A stretch of 50,419 nt of DNA from a virus. The DNA lies in the IMG/VR virus record IMGVR_UViG_3300045199_000074, one strand, 5' to 3'. A program made the translations under genes and the position numbers. Position 1 is the stretch's first letter, and each line of letters begins with the position of its first letter. Below the pieces are notes generated by a model. The model did not search any database. It worked only from the letters and a program-made list of their open reading frames with translations, and was not told the DNA's origin. Positions 46,982-50,419 of the stretch are shown one piece after another.

Positions 46982-47196
46982 TGCATTCATTTTTCGTTTG
47001 GATTTGGAATTTTAATTTTGACAATCCATATATAAAGGCATTTGATTGGATAACGGCTCTCGCAACATTGATTTATGGAATTATTGCTAAGGACAGCTTA
47101 ATTTTATTCATTGGAGTGCTAGGATTGGTAATGGCGTGGTATCGACCAGTTAGTCGATATCATCGATGGTTAAAAAGCTTCGTTCGTAAGCATTAA
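46981..47196 (+). CDS. Small membrane protein (WYRP motif)
   Basis: Two hydrophobic helices, DW...IGVLGL..AWYRP. Overlaps the previous stop codon. Confidence 0.65.
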   Translation: MHSFFVWIWNFNFDNPYIKAFDWITALATLIYGIIAKDSLILFIGVLGLVMAWYRPVSRYHRWLKSFVRKH

Positions 47197-47207
47197 AAGG
47201 AAGAAAA

Positions 47208-47390
47208 ATGATTAATCTCAGCTCAAAGAATGTTCGAATTATGGATTGGGTTCTATCCACAATTATATTGCTAATTGCTATCTATTTCCGTTCGTGGATC
47301 GTTGGTGCTATTGGCATTCTTGGTCTATGGGCTGCATGGTATCGCCCTGCTTCCCGAATGGCTAATTTTGTTAAGCGCCAGAAAAACTAA
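47208..47390 (+). CDS. Small membrane protein (WYRP motif), paralogue of the previous gene
   Basis: DW...IGILGL..AWYRP. AAGGA RBS. Confidence 0.65.
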   Translation: MINLSSKNVRIMDWVLSTIILLIAIYFRSWIVGAIGILGLWAAWYRPASRMANFVKRQKN

Positions 47391-47412
47391 TTTGGTAGGT
47401 TGAGCATTATTT

Positions 47413-49533
47413 ATGGTTCTGGACTTGAAGTCGGCTTTCTATAAAAAAATGAATTCTATATTCCATCGCGTAACCGTGAATGGCGATAATACTGTTGATC
47501 CCAGAAAGTCTGATATTCCGAGCGAAGTTGATCTGGTTGAAGAGGAAAACATTTCTCTTGAACCTATCGATTTGAATGATTTCAAAAAAGACGCTGATAC
47601 TCGGCTTCGCGAGATCATGGAAGGTCCGGTTTCGATCCATTTTCATGATAATGAACAATTGGAAATTGAGGTGGCATCTGAAGATATAGTCATGGGTGAC
47701 AACGATTTCTCACGAGATGAAAATGTCCTAGTGTCGTCTCCTTCTTCAATTGCTGATGATGTTCAAGTAACTGATTTCGATGCTATTTTTGATGCTACTG
47801 ATTATGTTATAGGCAATATAGCTGATGACGGCATCATCGAGACGATTGATGCTCCAGAAACATTGACTTCGATATCTGATGTTCAAATTGTCGAGTTTTC
47901 CAAGGCTGATACTCTCGTTCCTGTAGAACCGACTTCTGTTTCTAAGAAAATTTTCCGTCCAGATGGAACTGAAATGCCTCAGCATCATTTCGGGCAGTAT
48001 CTTCTCGACAAGGGCTTGATTAACGTCACACAGCTGGATGCTGCTTCGCGGGAGCAAGCAGTTACTGGAGATCGTATCGGTCAGATTCTGGTATCCAATG
48101 GGCTCTTGTCAGATTCTGAACGCGTCAAAGCAATTCTTTCCACGTCTTCTGAACGCATTGCACAGGAAAATGTCACGCGTTCTAAAATTCCTGTCGATGT
48201 CCTCGAAGATATGCAGATCATTATTTCTGCAGAGACGGATGATACCCTTTATGTCGCTACAGCGACTGATGAAATTCGTGTTCTGGAGATCATTCGAGAA
48301 TACTACGGAAATATAGACGTCAAATTCGTTTCATATGACCCCACGCGTCTCGCAGGTTTCATTTCCCAGATGCAGAAAACAACCAATTTGGTTGATACTT
48401 CTAGCACTAAGGAAAATATGCTCAATAGAATTCTCTATCGGGCGCTAGGCGATGGTGCTTCTGATATTCACGTTATGCCGCGTCGTAAATCCTATTCAAT
48501 AATGTTTCGTATTCTTGGCGTCCGTCGCATCGTTCATGAAGGCCCTCTGGACGAATACAACACCATGCTGGCTCAGGTAAAAGATAAGGCATCGATGGAT
48601 TTGGCTGAAAAGCGAAAGCCCCAGGATGGCGGCTTTAACATCGAGTATGCAGGTAAAGGTATCGATTTCCGTGTAGCAACCAATCCGACTTCTGAAGGTG
48701 AAGTGGTCATTCTTCGTGTACTCGACCCAGACAGAGTTCAGCCGAAACTGGATCAGCTTGGAATCACGGACGTTGAAAAATGGAAGAAGGGATTTAATCA
48801 GCAGCATGGTCTATGCTTGATTTGTGGGCCAACAGGTTCGGGTAAGACAACCACACTTAACTCATCGATCAAGGAAATTCACCGATTTGAGAAGTCCATT
48901 TATACTATTGAAGACCCTGTTGAATATCGTATTCCGTATGTAACTCAGGTTTCTGTTAACCCTGCTGTTGGTCTAACTTTCGCGAATGCTATTCGTGCGT
49001 TCATGCGATCTGATCCCGATGTTATTGTTCTCGGTGAAGTGCGTGACGAGGAAACCGCTCGTAATATGATCAAGGCGGCCGATACTGGTCACTTGGTCCT
49101 TGCAACACTTCACACAGGTTCGATTGTTGGTGCTGTAAGCCGTCTTAGAGACCTTGGAGTTCCTCCGCGAGAACTCCGTTACCTTTTACGCTCTGTTCTC
49201 GTTCAGACATTGGTTAGAACAGTTTGTACGGAATGCGCCGGATCTGGTGAGGATCATGAGGGTGGACTGTGTTCAAAGTGTCATGGTGCGAAATATACAA
49301 GTCGTACAGTGGTCTCCGAATGTGAGTATTTTGAAGACCCCGCAGCAGTCGATAAAATTATCGTATCTACCGAGCAGGAAGTTCAAAGGACATGGCCGAC
49401 TATGGTTGAAGATGCCGTAAAGAAAATGCGTTCAGGTATCACTGATGAGTATGAACTGGTCCGCGTCTTTGGCGCTGCGGTTGAACCATATCTTCGCGGT
49501 GATGAGGAAGTTATGGAGATATCTCCGACATGA
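47413..49533 (+). CDS. Type IV pilus/T2SS assembly ATPase (PilB/GspE/PilQ family)
   Basis: GASDIH, PQDG, ICGPTGSGKTTT, TIEDPVE, RSDPDVIVLGEVRD, TGHLVLATLH, a CxxC..CxxC Zn motif, and an MshEN-like N-terminal domain. Confidence 0.92.
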   Translation: MVLDLKSAFYKKMNSIFHRVTVNGDNTVDPRKSDIPSEVDLVEEENISLEPIDLNDFKKDADTRLREIMEGPVSIHFHDNEQLEIEVASEDIVMGDNDFSRDENVLVSSPSSIADDVQVTDFDAIFDATDYVIGNIADDGIIETIDAPETLTSISDVQIVEFSKADTLVPVEPTSVSKKIFRPDGTEMPQHHFGQYLLDKGLINVTQLDAASREQAVTGDRIGQILVSNGLLSDSERVKAILSTSSERIAQENVTRSKIPVDVLEDMQIIISAETDDTLYVATATDEIRVLEIIREYYGNIDVKFVSYDPTRLAGFISQMQKTTNLVDTSSTKENMLNRILYRALGDGASDIHVMPRRKSYSIMFRILGVRRIVHEGPLDEYNTMLAQVKDKASMDLAEKRKPQDGGFNIEYAGKGIDFRVATNPTSEGEVVILRVLDPDRVQPKLDQLGITDVEKWKKGFNQQHGLCLICGPTGSGKTTTLNSSIKEIHRFEKSIYTIEDPVEYRIPYVTQVSVNPAVGLTFANAIRAFMRSDPDVIVLGEVRDEETARNMIKAADTGHLVLATLHTGSIVGAVSRLRDLGVPPRELRYLLRSVLVQTLVRTVCTECAGSGEDHEGGLCSKCHGAKYTSRTVVSECEYFEDPAAVDKIIVSTEQEVQRTWPTMVEDAVKKMRSGITDEYELVRVFGAAVEPYLRGDEEVMEISPT

Positions 49534-50039
49534 TGTCACTACTTATTGTTATTTTAGCCATTACTCTTTCTGCTCTAGTGGTTTTTGGAGGTGTAAGCTA
49601 TTTCAGTCATGATTTTGGTGTCCGCACGGAAACATCGACGGTTTTAAAAGCTAATTATGAAACAATTATTAGTGGCATTATGAACTACCGGACGGTTAAT
49701 AATGGAGTAATGCCACAAACGATTGATCTCATTGTTGGGTATCTTCCATATGGAAAGATTCCTCAATTTCCCCGATATAATGCATCCAGTCAGCCATATT
49801 TATGGAAAATTGAGGGAAATTATGTGTGTTTGTATCGGACAGCTACGAATCCCGTTGTGCTTGGTATAGATGCAGGACTTTCTAGCTTCATTACGTCTTT
49901 GGCAAAGTCTCGGTCAATCAAGATTGGCCCTACCTGCGTACGCGCTGTGAATGAAGAGGCAACGACCGAAAGTGTAGATTTTAAAATGAGCTACCTCGAC
50001 AAAAAATCAGAAATTGCTTTCGCATTTAAGGTGAATTGA
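49530..50039 (+). CDS. Pilin-like protein
   Basis: N-terminal hydrophobic helix followed by a ..YR..N.G..P pilin-like pattern. Sits between the ATPase and platform genes. Confidence 0.55.
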   Translation: MMSLLIVILAITLSALVVFGGVSYFSHDFGVRTETSTVLKANYETIISGIMNYRTVNNGVMPQTIDLIVGYLPYGKIPQFPRYNASSQPYLWKIEGNYVCLYRTATNPVVLGIDAGLSSFITSLAKSRSIKIGPTCVRAVNEEATTESVDFKMSYLDKKSEIAFAFKVN

Positions 50040-50419
50040 TGGCTATTTTTACTGCGCGCGTTGTTACGGACTCCGGCATTAAATCTGTTAAGGTAGATGC
50101 TCTTGATGCCCGTGAAGCTGAAAAGAAAGCTCACCAGCAAGGGTCACAAGTTTTATCGGTTAAGCGACGTTGGAATTTTGATCTTTCGACTGGAATGACG
50201 GCCGGAGAGCGGAACACGTTTATGTTGCGCTTATCCTCTATGGTTGGCTCTAAAATGCCTGTCACAAAGGCGCTGGACTTGCTTGCAACGACGTTTACGG
50301 GTCGGATTCGTAAGTGCGCGCAGGGTTTGATGGCGCAGCTAGAAAGCGGTAGTACTCTTGCCGATGCAATCGATAATGATCGGAAGAATTTTCCTGTTGC
50401 AACGTCTGCTCTTGTAAAG
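50039..50419 (+). CDS. Partial type II secretion system F / PilC / PilR platform protein
   Basis: Not in the ORF track. TGATG overlap with the previous gene. MAIFTARVV...ERNTFMLRLSSMVGSKMPVTKALDLL...LESGSTLADAI...FP matches the GspF pattern. Open to the window edge. Confidence 0.85.
   Translation, partial: MAIFTARVVTDSGIKSVKVDALDAREAEKKAHQQGSQVLSVKRRWNFDLSTGMTAGERNTFMLRLSSMVGSKMPVTKALDLLATTFTGRIRKCAQGLMAQLESGSTLADAIDNDRKNFPVATSALVK

Noticed and set aside
1-50419. Prophage, IS element, tRNA/rRNA or oriT
   Set aside because: No integrase, transposase, virion gene, relaxase or structural RNA was recognised by eye. An oriT cannot be assigned without the relaxase.

Overview
This window looks like the backbone of a large, relatively AT-rich conjugative plasmid from an alphaproteobacterial (Rhizobiales-like) host. 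Host clues are DUF1127 genes, a GTTC-N7-GTTC LexA box, an Omp25/RopB-like barrel and alpha-type ScpAB/RecJ. The left end holds the replicon: an AbiEi/AbiEii type IV toxin-antitoxin pair with palindromic operators, an IncA/C-family RepA, about 15 helically phased 19-bp iterons, and a divergent wHTH gene whose leader contains a candidate counter-transcribed RNA and attenuator. The middle carries a DotL/IcmO/TrbC type IVB coupling protein, two orphan DNA methyltransferases, a dNMP kinase, two ADP-ribose erasers (macrodomain and ARH), a ParA-like ATPase, a 1435-aa Prim-Pol/helicase, a uvrD-proQ/finO-recJ operon, scpA-scpB and many hypothetical genes. The right end begins a type IV pilus/T2SS-like operon (lipoprotein secretin, PilB/GspE ATPase, pilin-like protein, PilC/GspF). 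No rRNA, tRNA, CRISPR array, IS element or phage structural gene was recognised. All family calls come from motif recognition by eye, not from database searches.
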